From the NCBI GenBank assembly GCA_965247685.1, contig OZ252021.1, positions 1,170,001-1,202,000 on the forward strand: a DNA stretch of 32,000 nt, read 5' to 3'. Of this stretch, positions 15,437 to 23,178 are shown in pieces. The stretch comes from Bdellovibrionales bacterium. Lineage in GTDB: Bacteria > Bdellovibrionota > Bdellovibrionia > Bdellovibrionales > UBA1609. A model generated the notes under the pieces. The model saw only the letters and a list, made by a program, of their open reading frames with translations, searched no databases and was not told the origin of the DNA. Position numbers and translations under genes: made by a program. Positions within the stretch are counted from its first letter, which is position 1. The number at the start of each line of letters is the position of its first letter.

Positions 15437-15826
15437 TCACCATATCTGACAAAGCATTTCGCCGCCCACATTGAGATCTTTGGCTTCTTTACCGCCAACA
15501 ATCCCTTTACTTGTACTTAAAATAACTAACCCATAACCTGAACAAACAGAAGGAATAGTCTGAGCTTTCACATAACTTCTGCGAGAAGGTTTACTAAGAC
15601 GTTCAATACAGGTGATAGCAGGATTTCCTTCTTGTTTATATTTAAGATAGATACGAATCATACCTTGTGCGCCTAAGTGAGCTACACGATAATCACGAAT
15701 GTAGCCGTAATTTTTCAATTGCTCAGCAATTCCTACTTTCAATTTTGAATGTGGAATATCTACCTTTACATGACGAGCTGTCATTGCGTTTCTTAACCGT
15801 GTACAAAAATCTGAAATTCTATCCAT
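15437..15826 (-). CDS. rpsH: 30S ribosomal protein S8
   Basis: ISDFCTRLRNA...GLVILSTSKGIV...GGEMLCQIW. Synteny. Confidence 0.95.
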   Translation of the reverse strand: MDRISDFCTRLRNAMTARHVKVDIPHSKLKVGIAEQLKNYGYIRDYRVAHLGAQGMIRIYLKYKQEGNPAITCIERLSKPSRRSYVKAQTIPSVCSGYGLVILSTSKGIVGGKEAKDLNVGGEMLCQIW

Positions 15827-15846
15827 ACTTCTTTTAACCTCTTTAA

Positions 15847-16377
15847 CTATTTTCTAAAAGGAAACCCTAAATTTTTCAAAAAAGAAAAAGCTATATCATT
15901 TGTGGGAGCTGATGTGCAAATAGTCACATTAAAACCACGAATAGCATCCACCTTATCATAATTAACCTCAGGAAAAACGATTTGTTCTTTAACACCAAAA
16001 CTATAATTACCATGACCGTCAAATGCTTTAGGTGAAAGACCTTTAAAATCTCGAACTAAAGGAAGGGCAAAGTGAACTAATCGATCTAAAAAAGACCACA
16101 TAACATTCCGTCTTAAAGTGACAGATCCACCTAAAGCAACCCCTTTTCTAATTTTAAATTGAGCCACAGCTTTTTTTGCTCGACGAATTGTGACCTTTTG
16201 TCCTGAAATTTGAGTCAAATCTTTTAAAGCGTGATCGAGTACTTTAGGATTTTTTAAAGCTTCACCGACACCCATGCTTAAAACCACTTTCTCAATTTGA
16301 GGTACTTGCATCACATTCTGCAGCTTCAGTTGCTTTTTCAAATCAGGAATTATTTTTTTATAACGTTCTTTTAACAT
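15847..16377 (-). CDS. rplE: 50S ribosomal protein L5
   Basis: The start is taken at the internal ATG 16377 (MLKERYKKIIPDLKKQLKLQNVMQVPQIEKVVLSMGVGEA). The track ORF start at 16416 would overlap rplN. Confidence 0.92.
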   Translation of the reverse strand: MLKERYKKIIPDLKKQLKLQNVMQVPQIEKVVLSMGVGEALKNPKVLDHALKDLTQISGQKVTIRRAKKAVAQFKIRKGVALGGSVTLRRNVMWSFLDRLVHFALPLVRDFKGLSPKAFDGHGNYSFGVKEQIVFPEVNYDKVDAIRGFNVTICTSAPTNDIAFSFLKNLGFPFRK

Positions 16378-16378
16378 T

Positions 16379-16747
16379 TTATAAAACCTCTGGAGCCATA
16401 GAAATAATTTTAACAAAATTTTTAACTCTCAATTCTCGAGCCACAGGACCAAAAATACGAGTTCCAATGGGTTCACGATTATTATTGAGCAAAACAGCAG
16501 AATTTTCATCAAATCGTATAGATGTTCCATCACTTCTTTGAAGTTTATAGATAGTTCGAACGATGACCGCCTTGCTCATCTCCCCTTTTTTGATTTTAGA
16601 TCGAGGAATAGCATTTTTTACAGAAACAATAATAACATCACCTACAGAAGCCACCTTACGATGAGAACCTCCAAGAACCTTAATGCATTGAACGACTTTT
16701 GCACCTGAATTATCAGCGACCTTTAAACGAGATTGCATCTGAATCAT
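16379..16747 (-). CDS. rplN: 50S ribosomal protein L14
   Basis: The start is taken at ATG 16747 ([17 protein letters not shown]..., 122 aa). ATGA overlap with the rpsQ stop. Confidence 0.95.
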   Translation of the reverse strand: MIQMQSRLKVADNSGAKVVQCIKVLGGSHRKVASVGDVIIVSVKNAIPRSKIKKGEMSKAVIVRTIYKLQRSDGTSIRFDENSAVLLNNNREPIGTRIFGPVARELRVKNFVKIISMAPEVL

Positions 16748-17028
16748 GACAGCACCTCTCCAGACTGAACAATCTGAGCTAGTCTCCATCTTTTTGTTTT
16801 ACTAATAGGACGAACTTCAAATATTCTCACTGTATCCCCTACCTTAGCTTTATTAGTTTCATCATGCACTTTAAACACAGATTTTTTACGAGTGTACTTC
16901 GCGTATTTTTTAACTTTAGATGACCGATAAATTTCAACAGAAATAGTTTTCATCGTTGATCCCACAACTCGGCCTGTGAGTTCTTGTCTTAATTTTCTTT
17001 TGTTATTCTTTGTTTCCATTCTCTCCAA
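16744..17028 (-). CDS. rpsQ: 30S ribosomal protein S17
   Basis: [17 protein letters not shown]...[34 protein letters not shown]. Synteny. Confidence 0.93.
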   Translation of the reverse strand: MERMETKNNKRKLRQELTGRVVGSTMKTISVEIYRSSKVKKYAKYTRKKSVFKVHDETNKAKVGDTVRIFEVRPISKTKRWRLAQIVQSGEVLS

Positions 17029-17031
17029 ACC

Positions 17032-17223
17032 TTATGATTTGTTATGATGATTAATAGCTGTTTGTATTCGAGCTCTATCTTTTTTGAGTGTTCTGATGAT
17101 CAAAGGATTAGGTAAACGTTGCATGCTTAGCTTCATTTTTGAATCAAATATCTCTTGATTCAGTTGTTCTAAACGTTTTCGTAATTCTTCAATCTTCAAA
17201 GTGACAATATCTTTATAATTCAT
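17032..17223 (-). CDS. rpmC: 50S ribosomal protein L29
   Basis: 63 aa, LKIEELRKRLEQLNQEIFDSKMKLSMQRLPNP. Between rplP and rpsQ. Confidence 0.92.
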   Translation of the reverse strand: MNYKDIVTLKIEELRKRLEQLNQEIFDSKMKLSMQRLPNPLIIRTLKKDRARIQTAINHHNKS

Positions 17224-17240
17224 TTTTTATATCCTATAAT

Positions 17241-17648
17241 TTAAGTTCTTTCCAAAAATTTTGTTTTAAAAGGCAACTTGTAAGAGGCTAAACGAAAAGC
17301 TTTTTGAGCTTCTTCACGACTCACTCCAGAAAGTTCGAATAAAATTTGACCTGGACGAACCGAAGCCGCCCAATATTCTACATTTCCTTTTCCAGAACCC
17401 ATTCGAGTTTCCGCAGGTTTTTTCGTAATAGGGCGATCGGGAAATACCCGCACCCACATCTTGCCCAAACGTTTCATAGAACGAGAAATAGCAATACGGC
17501 CAGATTCAATCTGGCGATCCGTGAAACGACCCGAACTGAGACTCATTAAACCAAATTCTCCAAAAGCCAAAGTTGAACCTCTTTTTGCATAACCTTTGAG
17601 ATTATCACGATGTTGCTTTCTCCATTTTACTTTCTTAGGACTCAACAT
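17241..17648 (-). CDS. rplP: 50S ribosomal protein L16
   Basis: [19 protein letters not shown]...[14 protein letters not shown]. Synteny. Confidence 0.95.
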   Translation of the reverse strand: MLSPKKVKWRKQHRDNLKGYAKRGSTLAFGEFGLMSLSSGRFTDRQIESGRIAISRSMKRLGKMWVRVFPDRPITKKPAETRMGSGKGNVEYWAASVRPGQILFELSGVSREEAQKAFRLASYKLPFKTKFLERT

Positions 17649-17650
17649 TT

Positions 17651-18295
17651 TTATGAATTCCCTTTAGAATAAACTTCACCATGATAAATCCACACTTTAA
17701 GACCTATGACTCCGTAGGTTGTTTTCGCAACTGCTGTAGCATAATCCACATGAGCTCTTAAAGTATGAAGAGGAATACTTTTTTCGTTATACCATTCTGC
17801 TCGAGCAATCTCAGCTCCATCTAATCGTCCTGCGACACGAATTTTAATTCCTCGAACACCCTGACGAACAGCTGCAGCCATTGCTTTTTTCAGAGCTTTT
17901 CTCCATGACACTCTTTTTTCCAATTGAATAGCAATATTTTCAGCAACTAAGTGAGCATTCAAATCCGGTTTTCTGATTTCATTGATATTAATGACCACTC
18001 GTCCTTTTGGAACATGTTTTTGAATATCTGCTGTTAAAGCATCAATACCCACTCCTTTTTTACCAATAACAATACCAGGGCGAGCTGTAGAAATAATAAT
18101 CTTCACTTGAGCTGTTGTTCTTTCGATTTCGATTTTAGAAACACCAGAGTTTTTAAGTTTATTTTTAATGTAAAGACGCAGACGATGATCTTCATGCAAG
18201 TTCTTCGCATAAGCGCTGCCCTTTGCATACCATCTGGAATCCCAACTGCGGTTCACTCCAATTCTAAAACCTACAGGATTGACCTTCTGACCCAT
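17651..18295 (-). CDS. rpsC: 30S ribosomal protein S3
   Basis: [24 protein letters not shown]... Contains a KH domain. Synteny. Confidence 0.95.
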   Translation of the reverse strand: MGQKVNPVGFRIGVNRSWDSRWYAKGSAYAKNLHEDHRLRLYIKNKLKNSGVSKIEIERTTAQVKIIISTARPGIVIGKKGVGIDALTADIQKHVPKGRVVININEIRKPDLNAHLVAENIAIQLEKRVSWRKALKKAMAAAVRQGVRGIKIRVAGRLDGAEIARAEWYNEKSIPLHTLRAHVDYATAVAKTTYGVIGLKVWIYHGEVYSKGNS

Positions 18296-18297
18296 AA

Positions 18298-18630
18298 TTA
18301 CCTCTCTCCCAATACAACAGAAATGTGACTTGTTTTCTTTAAAATCTCCGAAGCACTTCCTCGAGCTCTCGGCATAAACGATTTTCTATGAGGACCTCGG
18401 TTTACATAAACTTCTTTCACATACAACCGATTCACATCCATAGTTTTAGTATTTTCAGCATTTGCCGTTGCGGATTGAATAAGTTTATAAACCAACTTTG
18501 AAGCTTTTTTATCTTGCACAGATAAAATTTGAATCGCCTGATGAACATTTCGCCCGCGAATTAAATTAATTACAGGTTGTGTTTTTAAAACACTCACCTT
18601 TGCAAATTTTAAAGTCGCTGTAACTTCCAT
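18298..18630 (-). CDS. rplV: 50S ribosomal protein L22
   Basis: VSVLKTQPVINLIRGRNVHQAIQILS...RGPHRKSFMPRARGSA. Synteny. Confidence 0.95.
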   Translation of the reverse strand: MEVTATLKFAKVSVLKTQPVINLIRGRNVHQAIQILSVQDKKASKLVYKLIQSATANAENTKTMDVNRLYVKEVYVNRGPHRKSFMPRARGSASEILKKTSHISVVLGER

Positions 18631-18641
18631 TATTTATATCC

Positions 18642-18926
18642 TTATTTTTTTGCTACTTGTGTTTTTTTTCCACCTGAATGTGATTTAAAAAATCGAGTTG
18701 AGGCGAATTCACCAAATTTATGCCCAATCATATTTTCAGAAATAAAAACAGGAATAAATTTTTTTCCATTGTGTATCGCAAAAGTTATCCCTACAGCATC
18801 TGGAGTAATTGTTGATCGACGAGACCAAGTCTTAATGACTTTTTTATCCCCTTGTTTTTTCATTTTCTCTATTTTTTCTAACAAATGATAATCCACAAAA
18901 GGACCTTTTTTTACTGAACGACCCAT
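18642..18926 (-). CDS. rpsS: 30S ribosomal protein S19
   Basis: [19 protein letters not shown]...[23 protein letters not shown]. Synteny. Confidence 0.95.
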   Translation of the reverse strand: MGRSVKKGPFVDYHLLEKIEKMKKQGDKKVIKTWSRRSTITPDAVGITFAIHNGKKFIPVFISENMIGHKFGEFASTRFFKSHSGGKKTQVAKK

Positions 18927-18933
18927 ACACCAC

Positions 18934-19749
18934 CTACTTTTTATGTCTAGATTTTACAATCATAGAATCTGTTCTTCTTTTGTTTCTTGTTTTTAAACCT
19001 TTACAAGATTTACCCCACGGAGTTGTAGGATGATTCCCTTTACCAACACCTTCTCCACCACCCATAGGATGATCGATGGGATTCATAGCCATACCCCGGA
19101 CGCTAGGACGTTTTCCCCTCCAACGAGTTCTTCCTGCTTTACCGCTTTTTAAGTTACTTCGATCGGTATTTCCTACTTGACCAATCGTCGCGTGACAACA
19201 AGATAGAACATTACGAACTTCACCAGAGGGTAATTTCACCTGACAATATTTTCCAAGCTTTGCAGCCAAAATAGCCTGCCCCCCAGCACCTCGAACCAAT
19301 TGACCTCCCTTTCCAGGTCTGAGTTCCACATTGTGAATGGGAACACCTAAAGGAATGTCTTTTAGTTGCAGACAATGTCCTGGTTGAATATCAGCTTCAG
19401 CGCCGCTGACCACCTTTTGTCCTATTTGCAGCTCTAAAGGAGCAATAATGTAGGACTTGAAACCATCTAAATAATGAAGAAGTGCAATTCTGGCTCCTCG
19501 ATTTGGATCATACTCAATGGAAGCCACATGAGCGGGAACTTCTTTGATTCTCTTAAAATCAATTTGTCGATAACAACGTTTATGTCCACCACCATGATGA
19601 CGAACAGTGATACGACCATAATTGTTGCGAGCCCCTTTCTTTTTTAACCCTTTCTTTAAGGACTTTTCTCCTTTAGAGCGGGTGATTTCTTTAAAGTCAA
19701 AGCCGACTTTGTTTCTTAATCCAGGGTTTGTAGGTTTATGAACTCGCAT
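18934..19749 (-). CDS. rplB: 50S ribosomal protein L2
   Basis: [23 protein letters not shown]...[13 protein letters not shown]. Synteny. Confidence 0.95.
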   Translation of the reverse strand: MRVHKPTNPGLRNKVGFDFKEITRSKGEKSLKKGLKKKGARNNYGRITVRHHGGGHKRCYRQIDFKRIKEVPAHVASIEYDPNRGARIALLHYLDGFKSYIIAPLELQIGQKVVSGAEADIQPGHCLQLKDIPLGVPIHNVELRPGKGGQLVRGAGGQAILAAKLGKYCQVKLPSGEVRNVLSCCHATIGQVGNTDRSNLKSGKAGRTRWRGKRPSVRGMAMNPIDHPMGGGEGVGKGNHPTTPWGKSCKGLKTRNKRRTDSMIVKSRHKK

Positions 19750-19751
19750 AT

Positions 19752-20027
19752 TTACGAACCGCCTTCAAACATTGTGATTTTTTCTCCAGCTTGTAAACGT
19801 ACAAAAGCTTTCTTCCAATAAGGCACTCTTCCCTGCCCTTTTGAAGTTCGTCGAGAGCGACCGCGACAAATAAGAGTACGAACAGTTTGCACTTTAACAT
19901 TAAAATACTTTTCAATATATTTTCGAATCTCCGGCTTAGTTGCCTTACGGTCGACACGAAAAGTATAAATCTGCTTCTCAGCTAAAGTGTTGCTTTTTTC
20001 AGTAATGGAAACTTTTTTAATGAGCAT
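19752..20027 (-). CDS. rplW: 50S ribosomal protein L23
   Basis: ...[44 protein letters not shown]. The start is uncertain. ATG 20027 has GGAG 9 nt upstream. ATG 20051 or 20069 are alternatives overlapping rplD further. Confidence 0.88.
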   Translation of the reverse strand: MLIKKVSITEKSNTLAEKQIYTFRVDRKATKPEIRKYIEKYFNVKVQTVRTLICRGRSRRTSKGQGRVPYWKKAFVRLQAGEKITMFEGGS

Positions 20028-20673
20028 GAGAGGATTCTCCGTACTTTTCATGAATTTTACGAATTGCACCTTCTGTGCAAATTACATGATCATATTTCAA
20101 CAGATCATAAACATTTAAACCATTGATCTCGAGCAAATGATAAGAAGAAAGATTTTTACAAGCTCTGTCGAATAAATCATTCTTCTTTTCATCAAGAAGC
20201 AAAGCTTTATTGGAAAACTTTTTCACCTGAGAAAAAAGATCTTTGGTTTTTCCTGTTGAAGAATTCATATCTGACACAACTACTAAATTTCCTTCAGAAA
20301 AAACATGAGACAAAGCCATTTTGATTCCCTGTTTTCTCACTTTACTATTGAGTTTAGTTGAGTAATCTCTAGGCTTCGGGCCATGAGCCACTCCGCCAGA
20401 TCTAAGAAGGGGAGAGCGAGAAGAACCTTGACGAGCCCGCCCTGTTCCTTTTTGCCGAAAAGGTTTTTTACCTCCACCACGAACCTCACCTCTTGTTTTA
20501 ACACAGTGACTACCTTGTCTTTTCCGAGCTTGCTGCCATCGAACAATATCGCTGATCACATGAAGCTTAACTTCTTGTTGAAAAATAGAGGAATCTAAAG
20601 AAATTTCCCGAAGTTTTTTTTGACTCCAGTCCAAAACATTGACAGTTAAATTTGGAACCTTATTAGCCACCAT
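20017..20673 (-). CDS. rplD: 50S ribosomal protein L4
   Basis: TRGEVRGGGKKPFRQKGTGRARQGSSRSPLLRSGGVAHGPKPRDY. Synteny. Confidence 0.95.
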   Translation of the reverse strand: MVANKVPNLTVNVLDWSQKKLREISLDSSIFQQEVKLHVISDIVRWQQARKRQGSHCVKTRGEVRGGGKKPFRQKGTGRARQGSSRSPLLRSGGVAHGPKPRDYSTKLNSKVRKQGIKMALSHVFSEGNLVVVSDMNSSTGKTKDLFSQVKKFSNKALLLDEKKNDLFDRACKNLSSYHLLEINGLNVYDLLKYDHVICTEGAIRKIHEKYGESSHAH

Positions 20674-21415
20674 GTTCGCATTTCCTAATTTCTATTAAAG
20701 CTCTTATTGCACCTGCAACTGGACCCTTTACCAGAATCACTCCTTGATCAGGAATCACATCAATCACTTCAGATTTTTGTCTGGTGCGATCACAACCATA
20801 TCTTCCTGGAAGTTTTTTCCCGGGAAAGACTCGACCCTGTGTCGCTGTATTAGAAATCGAACCTGTCGTTCTTTGTTTTTCTGCTCCATGAGAAGCTGGA
20901 CCTCCAGCAAATCCCCATCTCTTAACAACACCAGAAAAACCATGTCCTTTTGAAATACCAGTGACAAAAATAATGTCTCCTTTTTTCAAACTATCCATAG
21001 AAACTTTTTGGCCTACTTGAACACCTTCAGGCAAAGTCTGACGAGCTTCTCTGATATAAGAAGCCCCAGTTTTAAAACCTGCTTTTTTCAAATGACCTGT
21101 CAAAGAACGATTGAGTTTTCTGGAATCTGCTACAGCCACTTGAACAGCATCATACCCTTCAGTCTCTTTTTTCTTTACTTGAGTGACTCGAACATCTTTA
21201 TACTGCAAAAAAGTGACAGGAACCCTGCAATTTTGATCATCATAAACGCTAGACATTCCCATTTTAAAAGCAAACAAAGTGTTCAATTGAACAGTGGAAG
21301 CACTGTTTTGTTTTTCGTTAGAATCTGCAGAAGCTTCGATAGAAGAAGTTTTTTTTTCAGCAGATTTCTCAAGATTTGTTTTAGTTTTAGTAGGTTTTTC
21401 TTTTTGCTCAGGCAT
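20663..21415 (-). CDS. rplC: 50S ribosomal protein L3, apparently with a ~45-aa K/E/S-rich N-terminal extension
   Basis: The core starts at ...[14 protein letters not shown]...VPVTFLQ and contains [13 protein letters not shown]-type blocks. ATG 21415 overlaps the rpsJ stop by 8 nt. An alternative TTG start near 21283 would give a canonical-length L3. Confidence 0.9.
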   Translation of the reverse strand: MPEQKEKPTKTKTNLEKSAEKKTSSIEASADSNEKQNSASTVQLNTLFAFKMGMSSVYDDQNCRVPVTFLQYKDVRVTQVKKKETEGYDAVQVAVADSRKLNRSLTGHLKKAGFKTGASYIREARQTLPEGVQVGQKVSMDSLKKGDIIFVTGISKGHGFSGVVKRWGFAGGPASHGAEKQRTTGSISNTATQGRVFPGKKLPGRYGCDRTRQKSEVIDVIPDQGVILVKGPVAGAIRALIEIRKCEHGG

Positions 21416-21731
21416 TTCTTGACTCCGTGATAATATTCACACCTACACCTGCAGGTAAATCCAACTTCATCAGTTGGTTTACAGTTTGAGGAGTGGGATC
21501 AGAAATATCCAATAATCTTTTAAATCTTCGGATTTCAAATTGTTCACGGGACTTTTTATTGACATGAGGAGATCGAAGGACTGTGTAACGACTCACAGAA
21601 ACAGGTAGAGGAACAGGTCCTCTCACATCAGCTCCTGTTTTTTTTGCTGTATCCAATATACTACGAGCTGAATCATCTAATAACTTATGATCAAAACCCG
21701 TTAAACGAATGCGAATTTTTTGACTTTCCAT
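21408..21731 (-). CDS. rpsJ: 30S ribosomal protein S10
   Basis: [39 protein letters not shown]... First gene of the cluster. Confidence 0.95.
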   Translation of the reverse strand: MESQKIRIRLTGFDHKLLDDSARSILDTAKKTGADVRGPVPLPVSVSRYTVLRSPHVNKKSREQFEIRRFKRLLDISDPTPQTVNQLMKLDLPAGVGVNIITESRNA

Positions 21732-21846
21732 CTAGAATACCTTCTTTTTTATCAGTTCGTTTTGGTCACAAAAAACCCTTAACCTGTCGTTCTTTCAGTT
21801 TCCACAAAGGACTTAAAAACCCAACAAATCAAGGATGAGGAGAACT

Positions 21847-21938
21847 AATATGCTTTAAAATGCTATTTACTGTCAAATAAAACTTTTTTTGCCACATTAT
21901 ATCTAATATCATATTCTGATATCTATCTAAGCCGTCAA
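21847..21938 (-). promoter_or_regulatory. Candidate promoter region for the S10 operon
   Basis: On the minus strand: TTGACA (21876..21871) -N18- CATATT (21852..21847); a perfect TATAAT (21901..21896); and TTGACG (21938..21933). I cannot tell which, if any, is used. Confidence 0.3.
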
Positions 21939-21977
21939 TAGGACAACTTTAAGTGGTTCTAAAAGGTTCATTCTTAT

Positions 21978-22181
21978 TTATTTAGCCTTCTTCGAATCGG
22001 CATCTTCACTTTGAGAAGGCTCTGCTTCAGATTCATCGTGGGCTTCACAGTCAGCTCCCTTGTTGTTGCTACAGGTAAGTTCTCGATCATCTTTTGAATC
22101 ATCACTGACTCCACAACTCCCACAATGGGCACTCGCAAAAGAGCTTAAAAATAAGACTAATAATAGGTTTAAGAATTTCAT
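21978..22181 (-). CDS. Small secreted acidic Cys-rich protein (67 aa)
   Basis: Signal MKFLNLLLVLFLSSFASA, then HCGSCG, two more Cys and a D/E/S-rich tail. SD AAAAGGAGA upstream. Confidence 0.7.
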   Translation of the reverse strand: MKFLNLLLVLFLSSFASAHCGSCGVSDDSKDDRELTCSNNKGADCEAHDESEAEPSQSEDADSKKAK

Positions 22182-22292
22182 AATATTTCTCCTTTTAAGT
22201 TCTTACACTACTCCATCTTAATGTCTCAGAGCAACACGAAATGAATCCTCTTTTTTTAAACATTATTTAAAAACAACTGAAAAGTGAGTTAA

Positions 22293-23054
22293 CTAGGTTG
22301 GATTAAGGGTTTTGAGAGAGTTGCAAAGCTTAGAAAGAGCACCACTACCTCCAGCACCAATCGCTCCATGTTCTCCAAATATTTGGAATTGCCTTTCATA
22401 ACAACAAGAAGACGGAAACTTATTCACGCCATCTTGATAGCCAATAAACAAAGCATTAAGCCATTTATTATGATCACATAGATCATCAGGCCAATTTCCA
22501 TTGACTCCCCAAGCTGGTGCTAAACTTAACACCTGAACCAAAGGAATCTGTTTAAAAAACTCAGAATCGGAAATGCCTCTAAATACTTTACTATGTATTC
22601 TAAATTCAAGAAGCTGTGGATTCTGGGCGAAAAGCTTGGTCGGTATAGTCTCGATATTGTCCCCTTCAATTCTAGCATATGTTAAATGAGGAAGCCCATG
22701 AAAAAGAGTTTCTGGTATCTGTGATTGATCGGTGCGAATTGTCACTCCCTTTAAATTAGGAAAGTGTAAAAGAGTTTTATTTTCCAACTTAAAAGCTATT
22801 TTTCCTGACTCACCGTTCATCTCAGAGCTATAATATCTAATAAAGTCCACTCTATGAAGGTATGGGTCAAAAGCAGAACATCCTTGAGTATTATATTTTT
22901 CTAACAATTCATTATATTCTTTTTCTGTAAGTACATTTTCTCCAAGAGATGCGTCAATGGAAAACGCCATCTCATCTGGCAGTTGGCAAAACGACAGCTT
23001 TGCAAAAGAAGAAGAGATAAAAAATAAAACCAAAAGTAAAGATAAAAATTTCAT
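22293..23054 (-). CDS. Secreted leucine-rich-repeat-like protein (253 aa)
   Basis: Signal MKFLSLLLVLFFISSSFA. LRR-like units LPHLTYARIEGDNIETIPTKLFAQNPQLLEFRI... Confidence 0.75.
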   Translation of the reverse strand: MKFLSLLLVLFFISSSFAKLSFCQLPDEMAFSIDASLGENVLTEKEYNELLEKYNTQGCSAFDPYLHRVDFIRYYSSEMNGESGKIAFKLENKTLLHFPNLKGVTIRTDQSQIPETLFHGLPHLTYARIEGDNIETIPTKLFAQNPQLLEFRIHSKVFRGISDSEFFKQIPLVQVLSLAPAWGVNGNWPDDLCDHNKWLNALFIGYQDGVNKFPSSCCYERQFQIFGEHGAIGAGGSGALSKLCNSLKTLNPT

Positions 23055-23178
23055 TTAAAATCCTTGCTTAGAAAAAGGTTGTTAAACCTAGCCTAACATA
23101 ACTTAAAAGTGAGTTAACTATTATTATGAATAAAAAGCTCAAAAATGTCAAAAAAAAGAGTGTAAAAATTACATTTCA

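Noticed and set aside
16378-16789. Long N-terminal extensions of the track ORFs for rplE (to 16416) and rplN (to 16789)
   Set aside because: The extensions overlap the preceding conserved genes. The internal ATGs give canonical L5 and L14 N-termini with tight coupling to the upstream stops.
17346-20967. Short ORFs overlapping ribosomal protein genes (17346..17549, 18107..18328, 19736..19957, 20337..20546, 20383..20598, 20744..20953, 20764..20967)
   Set aside because: All are embedded in highly conserved ribosomal protein genes in other frames or strands. They are shadow ORFs.
21008-21430. 140-aa plus-strand ORF
   Set aside because: It is fully antisense to rplC/rpsJ, has a low-complexity F/S/R-rich translation and no SD. 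It is a typical shadow ORF of a conserved gene.
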